Source: Felis catus (lineage: Eukaryota). From it: a stretch of DNA of 64,000 nucleotides. The stretch lies in the NCBI RefSeq assembly GCF_018350175.1, contig NC_058368.1, positions 149,670,001 to 149,734,000 of the forward strand, written 5' to 3'. Below are positions 13,397 to 25,035 of the stretch, one piece after another. The notes beneath the pieces were generated by a model. That model was not told the origin of the DNA. It did not search any database and saw only the letters and a program-made list of their open reading frames with translations. A program made the position numbers and the translations under genes. Position 1 is the stretch's first letter. The number at the start of each line of letters is the position of its first letter.

Positions 13397-16361
13397 AAGA
13401 ATGTCTTCTTAACACTGACTAATATCATTTATTTATTTACTAGAGAGGCCTAGTAACAACAGAAAAGAAGGAAATTGTGAAGGTATTTCATTATATTCCA
13501 TGACGTTTACCAAAATACTGGTCAAGTTCATCATATACTTCGTATTTACTTGTCAGAAAAATTGGAATATTATCTATTCAGCAATGGGAAGCGAATTGGA
13601 GAGGTTTTTGTAGTTATGGTTCAGATGGCATTACATCCACAATTATAAAGAAGCAGACTTTTTATAAATCAAGATTCGTAAAGACCAAAATGATCAGTAG
13701 TCGGAGAATGTGTGCTAAAGCGGGTGATACTGACACTAAATGAAACTTCACTTTGGAATTTAAGATTGAGAGGTGTTAGGTTTCAATAGATTTGAGGAAC
13801 TGTTTGTTGTTTGTTTTTGTTAAAATTTCTGTGTTGGAGCACAACGTACTATGCACTAAAAAGTGATAGCAGCCTAAAATTTTGTAGTTTTATTTTTACT
13901 TAACAAAACAAATGTCAAACCATCTCTTTGGATACTGACACAAAATAAATGATAAGACATTCTGGGCAGAGAATGTGATCTAGTAATGCTTATCATAGCA
14001 CCATGGAAAGCAAGAATTTCAGGTCTTACTCCCACCTGTTTCACTTCCTCTCAAATTTAACTATTTTGTAGTCCTCGCTCTCCCTTTTTAAGAAAACCAT
14101 GCAAAAGAGTAGCTATTTGTTTCACATTTTGTGAGGGTGGTGGGGTGGGGGTCAAAGGTGGGGATGGGTAGAGGGTGTAGCATCTGATAAGAATTCTGAG
14201 ATTCTTCGAAGTGTATCTCTCCACAAAATACAGTGATGAAAATCAGCAATTACCCAGTTGCTAGACAATGACAACAGCAAACAATAACAACAGAAAGACC
14301 TACCTGAGGGTTTGGGGGAGTAAAAAGTAGTATTTATGTATTCCTACTCTGAGTAAAACAGTGTGTTACATTATTTGTATGCTCTGTGTAATTTAGTCTT
14401 TAAAAAGATTAAGAAACTAAGGCTCAGAGAGGGTAAATGATTTTCCTAGTTTTCTATGGCCAGCCAACAATGGAATTGGTATTTTACAGTAAGTCTGGAC
14501 TTGCAAGTCATGCTTACATCCCCCCAGTGTGGTCAACTCCCAGAAGGCCAAGGTGGTCAATTCCACGGCACAAATGTGGTCAGAACAATCAAGAGAGCCA
14601 AAAAAGTCATATTTGTTCGGATTAACAACTCAATCTGGAAACTATTTAATATAAAGTGGAAAATAGGATTTCAAAAGAAAAGAAGAAGGAGAAGAACAAG
14701 AAAATGAAACTAAGTTTCATCAAAGAGGGCAAGTGAGCGATTAAAAGTAAATCTCTCATGCTTTGCTCCCACAGTCAAGAAAAAGAATATTTTTCAATCC
14801 TGCTTAGACTGAAGTAATCTGAGTTATTTAAAGTATTATAACCAGCGGACAAAGCAGAGAGTTTATTATATCCTTTCACAAGCTAGGACTCCTCAGAAGC
14901 AGGAAGCGCATGTGACAAGGGGCCAAGTTATCCATGGTGCGGTGTGCAGCTTTCTGTTACGTAGGAACAGAGTGCCAATCTGCACCTCAGGGGTGTTGGG
15001 AATACTATCCTACACAAGCAAGACCAGACTGCTTATTTTCCATTCTCGTTGGAAACAAGAATATTTACAGTCCTAGTGGGCACTCAAACACAAGTGGAGT
15101 TATGAAGCCAAAGAGAAACTTGCACACCATCCAGGCCAGTGCGTGACAAATGAGAGTCGCTGTCTTTAGACACACCAGTGGTTCATTGCAGAATCCCAGA
15201 TTAGAGAGCTCAAGATTTCTGAAATCTATTCCTCCAAAATAAATGCATACTTTCATTTGCAAAGTAGGGCATCATTACCTAAAGATAACAGCATCTGCAG
15301 AAATACTTACTTAGCAACTAAATCACAAGGTCTTCCTTAGAGCTTCCTTTAGGCTAGAAATAGTCCCTGCTTAGCCAGCTGGCCTGAAAAACTAGTGACA
15401 AACATAAAAACCAGAAGAATTACAGAGCTCAACCTATCCCTTCATCTACTCCAAGGGGTGTCTGTAGCACATGTTTGACGATGAGTATTATAGAGCTAAT
15501 GGAAGGAGGAAGTGCCTAGATTTTCTTTTGTGGCATGTTTTCATGCCTGGAAATATCTACCTTTCTAGTTAATGAAATGCACAACTTTTTATTCAACTGC
15601 TTTTTTTCCCCCCAATTTAAGGCCGGTGCTATGTTCGAAGTCCATGATAGCCATGACTTACTCAGTGGCCTTAGCTCGGCTGCCAGGGAGCCCAGGCCGA
15701 CCACAGACACTGGATGTGTCAGTGTTACCGGTTACTACAGAATCTGGGTCCACGGGAACACTGAGTCACTGATTTACAGGCAGCCTAAGAAATCTCAAAG
15801 GACACCTTCATGTCCTGCTTCTAGGAAGATGTTTTAGAAGCTCCTGTTGCTGCTATCCTAATTTCGCTCGGCTGTTTTCCAAATTTATTTGCAAAGAAAG
15901 CAAATACTTCCATATTAATGCTATATTGGTTATAAAGAAAAAATAAGCTTTGTCAGATTTATCCCTCTAATTCACAAGCTGCATTTTAAATTCACACACG
16001 AGCCCAGGAAAAGAGATAATAATTCCATAACAAGGCATCTGGGAAAAATATTATTTCCTATTTACTTTGATCTAAACAAACAGGCAGAAAGACTCTTCTA
16101 ACAGAGATTCTTGAATCACTCGTATCACCATATTTTCATGGAACACTAATTATATGCAAGATATTATCATAGGTGCTAAGGAAGTAGGAAGACGTATGAA
16201 ATACAAACCCTGCTTCAGTGAATTCTGGTCTGAGTAAAGTTAATAAACACACACTTAAAATGCAGCGCAGATCAATATATTAAAAGTAGCCTGAATGCCA
16301 CGTGCATGGTTCAAACGATTTACCCACTGGAATTACTCAAGAAAGAATCTTCTGCCTAGAG

Positions 16362-16691
16362 CAAGAGTCCATGGACTGCACCCACAAGCCATATCCATCT
16401 GCTACATTTTTTAACGTAGCCCATGCACTATGACTGCTTTTTATATTTTCAAAATATAAAAAGTCAAAAGAAGAATAATATATCATGGCACTTGCAAATT
16501 GTTTGCAAGTAAAATTTCAATGTTTACAAAGTCCTCTTGGAACACAACTACCCTCATTCCATTACATTTCCCTACGTCTGCTTTCTTGATAAGGCAGCAG
16601 AATTAAATGGTTGCTATAGAGACTGTATGGCCCAGAAAACCTGAAATATTTACTATTTGGTGCTTCACAGAAAAAAAAATGTCAATTTCTG
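16362..16691 (+). mobile_element. hAT-Charlie non-autonomous DNA transposon (MER58B-like)
   Basis: 'gagactgtatggcccagaaaacctgaaatatttactatttgg' and 'tcaaaagaagaataata' match recalled MER58; degenerate 8-bp TSD gcctagag (16354-16361) / gactcgag (16692-16699). Confidence 0.75.
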
Positions 16692-17059
16692 GACTCGAGG
16701 ATCAAGGAAATCTTTATGATCCACCTGTATTTTGAGTAGAACCTTGAAGGACACAGTAGAATACCTATTGGTAGGATAGTGAGGGGTGAGTTTTTAAGAA
16801 AAGGATGAGCAAAGTGTAGCACTAGGAAGATGCGCGGCTTGCTCAGAAGGCAGTAAATACATCAGTGTTACTGGGGAGAAGAGCTTGTAAAGAAGGCTAA
16901 GAAGATATCCACTGAGAAGATGTCAGACATGGCTTGAGGAAGGTGAGGAGGAAAGAAGGGCTTCTCCCTACCCTTATTCCCCAAACCACTTCCATCTTTC
17001 TGTGGCAAATAAAAACAATTAAGAGTTAAAAAAAAAAAAAAAACACATACACAGAAGAG

Positions 17060-17212
17060 TGGAATTACTCAAGAGAGAATCTTCTGCCTATAGCAAGAGT
17101 CCATGAACCACACCCACAAGCCATATCCATCTGCTACATTTTTTAACATAGCCCATGCACTGTGACTGCTTTTTATATTTTCAAAACATAAAAAGTCAAA
17201 AGAAAAATAATA
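17060..17212 (+). repeat. 153-bp direct copy of 16328-16480
   Basis: Ungapped alignment by eye with 9 mismatches in 153 bp; offset 732 bp. Confidence 0.95.
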
Positions 17213-19689
17213 GGAAAGGAAAAGTTTTTCAAACTAATTTGGTAACAACACGTAGGATGGATAGGAGGTTGTGGGAAGAGGAGAAAAAAAAAATAAGGGA
17301 GACTGAAAACAAAGATTTAGATAGGAGATCCTTAAATAGTTCTGCCAGTGAAGGAGGAAGAACCATGTGGCTGCCTTGTTGATGTCTGTATACCCAGAGA
17401 TCCACTTAGAGGACACGCTTAATAAATACATACTGGTTGGAGAAATGCACAGATGGATAAAAGGAGGGAGGGAGGGAAAACAAAAACTTGGTGGATTTTT
17501 GTCACTTGACTGAGTGAAATAAAGGAAAAACACATGAACCAAGCTTAGAGTTTAGCTTTAGCCATGTAGTTTTAGGTAACAAAGGGGCATTCACAGAAAG
17601 CATCTAGCAGCAATTAAAGGGGTGAGCTGCTAGATCTGCGGGAAGAGGAGAATGCAGACAGGGATCACAAGAATCCGTCTACCCCTTCAGAGATCAGCCA
17701 CCAAGAGCCTGTCAGTCCTAACCAGCTTCACACAAATATTAGTAGGAACTTATATTTATCTTAGGATGAGCATGCGGCTTTGTAAACCTTCAAGAGAAAG
17801 TTGTAAAGACAGAGTCTCACTGTGTCTAGTAGGTTGCAAGCTTCACTAAAGGTAACCTCATTAACATAACAATCATTGACCTCAGAGATTCCACCTCCTG
17901 CTCATTAGTTCCATCAGTTACAGAGAGAGACAGACACATCAGTGCACCATTCTCTTATTTCCAAACAGATGCTTGCTTCTGGAAAATTATAATGTACGCT
18001 AAATGAATGGTAGAAAATACTAGTTTTGCTTTTTCCCTCACCCGGATATCTCTTAAATAGCGTGTAGGAAACTGGTTGTAAAAAGTGTGCTTATAAGTGT
18101 TCTGTATTTATTTGCAAAGTTACCCTGGAACTCTTCTCTGATCATGCCCATTTCCAGCAATTATCATTTTAAATTATGTTTTAGCGACTAAATGACTCCA
18201 GGAACACAGAAAAGATCATATAACAGTTTCAGGGTGTGACACACTTTGTATGAACTGCATCGAAGGCAAAGGATTGCAATAAATAAAGTGGCTTTTATCT
18301 CTAGCAAACTTACTCAACGGCACACACATATATCTACAGAGACTCGTAGGCAGTTGCACATATCCTGATGAACACTGGCCTTTCTTGAAACATATGCTTA
18401 GCCATGGAATCTAGAAAAAGATCTCTCTGTGTTTTATAAGCATCATTATCAGAGCAATGGCATGCAAGGAATGAAAAATATCTCCACTAGGGATTTATGT
18501 TCGTTAAGAACTCAGAAAACACAGAATCTGCACCTGCTACAAGATAATATTGGGCTTGCAAAGCAAAACAAAGATTTCAACACAAAACTAAAGATATTTA
18601 CGCCAGTTGGAAGATTTACTGAACTGAGTCATGAAAAAACGAAAACCAAATAACTTCTTATAAGGCACCCAAAGTCCGGAATATTAACACACCAGTAGAT
18701 ACAAAGAATTTAGATTTGTGCCTGAAAACAATAGAAAAGATACTATAGATCAGATTTCAAAGGAAGGAAGGGTGGAACAGGCCCTGCCGATTCTTGCCAT
18801 TCATTCTGCCCACATACACATCTTACACTCTTTTCTATTTTTAATTGCAGTAGAAAATGCCTCAGATTCTACACTGGTAGTTCTGTTATGAGTAACCGTG
18901 AGACCCTCACGGACGGCAATAAGAACCTAAAATGATTTTCTAGGTCTTTATCTACGGCGTGTTACATATGACATGGTTCATGTTGTCCCCAAATAATAAC
19001 ATGACCCTTTCCACCTCCACTCCACAACTGAGGGCCCACCTGTCAGCTTTATGACTTGAGAATGAAATGTACAGCAAGCCTGAGCTGCCAGCTGAAGCTC
19101 ATAGAAAGTCAGTGTGCATGTTCCTGCTTCAGTGCTCTTACCATTTCCAATAATAATGGCTTGAATTTAAATAGTAGCTTTCCTCCAAAGAACACAGAGG
19201 ATTCTCACATATATGAGATATATAGATCTATATATAGATATAGATATAGATAAATATAAATATATATACACCTTTATTCAGCCTTACTAATCCCCTATAA
19301 ACAAAGAAAGGTAAGGATTTGTTGATTCCATTTTAGATGGGAAAACTAAGACACAATAAGTTAATAGGAAACCAAAATGATGCCAGAGCACGCATGATCT
19401 TTTAGCCTAGATTTTTAATTCAAAATCCCATCTTCAATGTGCTAACTTATAATTATGCAAAACTTATCTCCTGCAGGTGGTAGCTTTTTCTTGGTTATTG
19501 GGAAAGCCTAAAGAATTAAAGGTAATTCCTGATTGCAAGTTTGAAAACAAATCATCTTCATTGAGCTGTAACAAGCTCAATATTTCCAACATTGTCATTC
19601 CAATGTCAAATTTTCCCCTATAAGAAATAATATTTGGCTATATAATTATTATTTAAATCTAGTTGCTATCTTGTACCTAGTGACTTAAA

Positions 19690-19890
19690 GGGTTTTTTTT
19701 TTTATGTTTTTTTTGAGAGAGAGTGAAGAGAGAATGAGCAAGGGAGGGGCAGAGAGAATGGGGGACAGAGGACCAAAGCAGGCTCTGTGCTGATAGCAGA
19801 GAGCCCGTTGTGGGTCTTGAACCCATGAACTGTGAGATCATGACCTGAACTGAAGTCAGACGCTTAACCAACTGACCCACCCAAGCACGC
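19690..19890 (-). mobile_element. SINEC
   Basis: Reverse SINE body 'gagatcatgacctgaactgaagtcagacgcttaacc' with T-rich tail. Confidence 0.9.
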
Positions 19891-20154
19891 TGTGACTTTC
19901 CATTTTTAGTTTTCCAGTTTTCATGACTAAGGAGTCAACTTAGAGTGAGAAATCTCAGATCTTCTTCAACCCTGAGCAAGTTCTTAAGAGCAAACAACAA
20001 ATAACAGTCATATTGTTAATGAGCTATTCCACAGGTCAAAAAATACTTCTCAGACAGGATTACTAAAGAACCAAAGCTGTCTATAGACAGGCATGAAGGT
20101 GTCAAAATGGTAACAAAAAGGGAATAGGAGGTGCTGTGCAGAAAACGGAATAGG

Positions 20155-20242
20155 GAGGGAGCCTGGCAGCTGAATCCAGAGAACATGCAACTCTTGATCT
20201 TGAGGCTATGTGTTCAAGCCCCACGTTGGGTGGAGAGTTTAC
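20155..20242 (+). mobile_element. Short, older carnivore SINE whose tail became a (GAAA)n array
   Basis: 'gcctggcagctgaatcc...gcaactcttgatcttgaggctatgtgttcaagccccacgttggg'. Confidence 0.7.
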
Positions 20243-20377
<135 letters not shown>

Positions 20378-20494
20378 AGGTCCTCGTGGCTCTTAACAGC
20401 AAGCATTAAAAGAGAGAGGAGGGACAGAAGTTTATGTTGTGACATATGACATGAACAGGACATACTGCTTAGGGGAGGGAATAGGCAAGAAAAA

Positions 20495-20700
20495 TTTATT
20501 TAAAATTTTAATGTTTATTTACTTTTGAGAGAAAGAACGAGCAGGGGAGGGGCAGAGAGAGACAAAGACACAGAATCCAAAGCAGCCTCAGGCTCTCAGC
20601 TATCAGTACAGAGCCTGATGTGGGGCTCGAAGTCACAAACCGTGAGATCGTGACCTGAGCTGAGGTCGGACACTGAACCGACTGAGCCACCCAGGCGCCC
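20495..20700 (-). mobile_element. SINEC
   Basis: Full reverse SINE ending 'gccacccaggcgccc'; flanks aagaaaaattta on both sides. Confidence 0.92.
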
Positions 20701-21786
20701 TAAGAAAAATTTACTTTAAAAGAAAAGGCTGTGACTAATGTGTTTCAAATCCAAATAGATCCTTTATAGAAAAACTCTGACAAAGACTCATTTAGTTTGT
20801 GATTACTGCGACGGGCATTGTGCTAAGTACTTTCCACAGATTACCTAGTTTGAGGTCGTCAGGCACCTCCTGACGTAGGTGCTATTTTGCTCAGTTTATA
20901 GCTGAGAAATTAGGTTAAGAGATGATACCTGATTTGCCACAGGTCCCACAACGGTTACTTGATAGAGTCAGAGTAAGAGCCTAGAGTTATCTACCTCCAA
21001 AGCTTGCTCTTAACCACTCTGCCTTGCTGACTAATTTTGAGGGGAAGACAAAAAAGATTAAACCTTTGAGAAACACTAACAAGGACTTTTTCTCAAGGAT
21101 TTTATCTCTCATACCAGTTCTTCTAATGCTTCTCTTTTTCTCTTGAACTAAAATACTCCCCCATTTACTAAGGAAGGGTTGGGTCACAGATACTTTCACA
21201 TATTATACCTATTACTCATGTCTCACAGGAACCTGAAGGGCAACTCTGTGTAATTGTGAGCCGAGGCGTAATTAAGAATTTCTAGAACCTGAGTGAGCTC
21301 CAAGATTTATATTCCACTCCAGCCCACTTTTCTTTATACCAATTATAGAACCAAATATCATTGTACAGACACACACATATACCAAACCCCAGTAAGTCAA
21401 GAATATTCACAGATACCAATCCTGTGCAGATCTGTGGAGTAGAAACTGGCCAGCTCTGTGCCCTACTCGGTTTTGTCCCTGCTGGATTCAGCTGTTCCTA
21501 CTCATCACTAGCATCATTTTGCCATCCGTAGAGAGAACTAGAATATTCACATCATTCCCCAACTGGCCAACAGAATGATTAGTTCCCATTAAAAACTACC
21601 TCCATTAGTAAAATCTGTAACCATGTCTATGTTAAGTACAGCACACAAACCAATGACAGCCTTGCTTTCTTCCCTGCTTTATCTCTCTTCTCTTTTCACA
21701 CCTCGCCCAAACATGTGAAATTACTTTCTAATCCATAACGACACCATGCCCTTTCATGAATCTGAGTCCTTAAAAATGCTGTTCTT

Positions 21787-22000
21787 GGGGCGCCTCGCTG
21801 GCTCAGTTGGTTAAGCGTGCCACTTCAGTTCAGGTCATGATCTCACAGCTTGTGAGTTTGAGCCCCGGTTTGGCCTCTATGCTGACAGCTCAGAGCCTGT
21901 AGCCTGCTTTGGACTCTGTGTCTCCGTCTCTCTCTCTCTGCCCCTCCCCTGTCCACTTTCTGTCTCTCAAATATAAATAAACATTAAAATTTTTTTTTTA
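21787..22000 (+). mobile_element. SINEC
   Basis: 'ggggcgcctcgctggctcagttggttaagcg' head, (CT)n, aataaa. Confidence 0.92.
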
Positions 22001-22082
22001 AATTCTGTTATTTTTTCCTGGGTGACTTTTTTCTCTCTGAGCTAGCTGGCAAACTGCTCATCATCCTTCAAGATTCAGCTCA

Positions 22083-22270
22083 GGGCACGTGGGTATCTCA
22101 GTCAGTTACATGTCTGACTCTTGATTTTGACTCAGGTCATGATCTCACCATTCATGGGATCCAGCTCCGTGTCGGGCTGTGTGCTGACTGCCTTAAGCCT
22201 GCTTGGGATTTTCTGTCTCCCTTTCTCTCTGGTCCTGTCTGATAACACGCACTATTTCTCCCTCTAGAAA

Positions 22271-22328
<58 letters not shown>
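22083..22328 (+). mobile_element. SINEC with (TAAA)n tail
   Basis: SINE body; (TAAA)n at about 22268-22330; TSD aagattcagctca at 22070-22082 and 22329-22341. Confidence 0.9.
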
Positions 22329-22329
<1 letters not shown>

Positions 22330-22716
22330 AGATTCAGCTCAAAAGTCTAAAAATCGTCCTCTATTTTCTATACTGCCTTCCCTCTTCTGTGCTCTCCTGC
22401 AACTGGAGAATGCCTCTATTCTAGTTCCCGTGATACCACACAGGAGTTATTCATGTCTCTGTCTCCCCCAGCGAATGTGTGAACCCCAGCAACCAGAGTC
22501 CAGCACGTAGTAAACAATAGGTTGTGACTGGATGGTCCATGAGTGAATGAAGGAGTGAGCATAAGATCCTAGGCTTTTCCTTCAATGCTTTTCAGTTTTA
22601 GTTCAGACTTGTAAAAGTCTATGCACACATCTTGGTATTCCTGACATAATCGTCCCCCGTGAACTCAAATAAAAGCTGTCAACATTGGTACTTATCCAAG
22701 AGAAAAAAATTCTCCT

Positions 22717-22867
22717 TGGGCCATAGGCATTAAGGAGGACACTTGTTGTGATGAGCGCTGAGTGTTGTATGTAAGGGATGAAGCGCTATATTCTACTCCT
22801 GAAACCAATACTACAACTATATGTTAACTGACTAGAACTTAAATAAAAATTCGGAGGAAAAAAAGTC
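22717..22867 (+). mobile_element. Very short 3'-end carnivore L1 insertion
   Basis: Homologous to the L1 3'UTR at 63063-63190; TSD agaaaaaa(a/c)ttctcct at 22701-22716 and 22868-22883. Confidence 0.85.
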
Positions 22868-23131
22868 AGAAAAAACTTCTCCTGGAGGTCAGGGGGATTA
22901 TATAATAGCTGAGCTCGCAAGACCACAATGAGGTGGAGGAATAGGAAGGAAGGAAGTGACTAATAAGGGAAGCAACTAACTGGTTAGCTGGTATCACTAC
23001 AAATACCAACGCTGGCTCTGATTTACACGAAGTTGCCTCAGTCCTAGGAGCAGCCTTGATCCCTTGGCTGGCTGTCCTCTCAGGTGACAGCGTTAGGCTC
23101 TCTGGCTTTTGACGGGAGTAGTGAGACCTCC

Positions 23132-23142
23132 TGCTGAGTCAT
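23132..23142 (-). promoter_or_regulatory. Consensus NFE2/NRF2-MAF (ARE/MARE) motif
   Basis: tgctgagtcat = ATGACTCAGCA on minus strand; motif only, function unknown. Confidence 0.3.
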
Positions 23143-23753
23143 CTGCCGCAGTTCTCCCTGGCATCATTCTCTCCTGAGAATGTTTTTCCTCTTCCTCTTC
23201 ACCAACATTGTTTTTCTTGATGAATTCTGCAGCTCTTCCCATTACAGTGTGTAAGTACCCTTTGCCCTTAGAAATTACATACTGTGCTTAATGAACATTT
23301 TGTCTAAAATATTTTCATGGTGCATTCTCTGATATAGCCTCAAAACAAATATCTTAAGAATAAAAAAAGGGGTAAAAAAAAAAGGAAATACATTCCTAAG
23401 AGCAAGATCATTTGAGGTATAAGCTATTAAGCTATCCATGGTCACTGACTTTATAGTTACAATCAAGACTTCAAAATTTTAAGTAAGCAGAATTTACTAG
23501 GGGGAAACATAGAGTAATAGAGAAATCTTTTTAAGGGTATTTCAGTGATCCATCAATCGACAGTAGTGTGGCACTCTACTGTGTGTATGGAACAAAGTCA
23601 AATAACGGAAATTTCCTCACTTCTAGTTGTTCATAATCTACAGGAAACACTCTATACTGCAAAGTGGTAAGAGAGAATAGAGATAATCTATGTAATGGGT
23701 ATAAATCTCATTGTACAAATGTATAGGCACAAGAAATATATTTATTATTTTCT

Positions 23754-23960
23754 GGGGCACCTGGGTGGCTCAGTCGGTTGGGCGTCCAACCAGCTCAGAT
23801 CATGATCTTGCAGTTCGTGAGTTCGAGCCCTGCATCAGGCTCTGTGCTGACAGCTCAGAGCCTGGAGTCTGGGTCAGATTCTGTGTCTCCTCTCTCTGCA
23901 CTTCCCCCACTTGCCCTCTGTCTGTCTCTCTCTCAGAAGTAAATAAATATTAAAAAAAAT
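23754..23960 (+). mobile_element. SINEC
   Basis: 'ggggcacctgggtggctcagtcggttgggcg' head to A-rich tail. Confidence 0.92.
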
Positions 23961-24339
23961 AAGAAAATATATATTTATCATTTTCTATAATTATGCTTAA
24001 TTATTTTTTACACCAAACCAGTGGAAAATTTGACCTTGGTAATTCTTAGTTCTTTCTCCCCAATCCTTTTACCTGGGTCATTGCAATCAGGGAGGGTGGA
24101 GAAGTGGAGCACATGCCTCTGGTTATTGTTGGTGGTTCACCCTGTCCGCAAGACTCCTTGGGCTCAGGGGTGCTTGCCAACCTCTGTGTCCTGCAAGAGA
24201 AACAGGACATTTTTGCAGGGCTTCAGATGGCTTTGTCTGCCTAAGTTCCTCAGGCAACCGATTTGGTGGCTTCACTGTAGAGAGACAGAATCGTGAATTT
24301 TTTAAGAAGGCTAACTTTGGCATCACTTAGATGCATATC

Positions 24340-24530
24340 CTGGGCATGCCATATCTCTGTGACCTGAGGCAAAGTTTTTTCAATTTCCTAACCTTCAGAT
24401 TTTCACCTCTAAAATAAGGGTGTGCAAATTACGTACCTCACAGAGCTGTGAGGGTAAAATGAGGTCGCTTAATGTAAAGTGCTTAGCACAATGCCTGGCA
24501 CATAGTGTTCAGTAATAGTTGGCTGCTATC
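24340..24530 (+). mobile_element. MIR
   Basis: MIR core 'ctgtgacctgaggcaaagt...acctcacagagctgtgagggtaaaatgag...gtaaagtgcttagcacaatgcctggcacatag'. Confidence 0.75.
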
Positions 24531-24824
24531 ATTATCAGTGCTGTGATGGTCGTTATTATCAGCACTGACATCATCATGCTCAGGGCACTATCAGAAAGCA
24601 TACAGATGTGCCCTCTGCTGTGGACCCACAGATCTCTTTCTCTTTGAATTGTATTATTGGACAAAACTAGTGTTCCTCTGTAGTAGAATTATGCACCCAC
24701 ACCCTTACCACAGCTTTGTGGAGAAGAGGGCTAAGTGAGCTTCTCTACCTCTTAACACCGGGCTAGGCTGTCTGTCTTCCTTTGACTGATGGCTCAAGCA
24801 TAAACTTGAATGGACTCATGCACT

Positions 24825-25035
24825 TGAGTAGCCCTCTGGACTCTGGAGATCTGCCATGAGAACGTGCCTCAGTGGCTGCTCCCGAATGAGGTATCTATAG
24901 CAGGCCTGAACCCAATATGTAGCCTGTGGCTCAGGTCCCAGCCTCTGTAGTCCAGCCTTGCCCAACTGAGAGTCGTGAGAATAAAAAATTGTTCTATGGC
25001 CGCTGTTGAGTTTTAGGGTAGTTATTTTATAGGGT
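24825..25035 (+). mobile_element. Old MaLR LTR 3' fragment (MLT1-type)
   Basis: 'gtgagaataaaaaattgttctatggccgctgttgagttttagggtagttattttata' resembles the MLT1 3' end. Confidence 0.45.
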
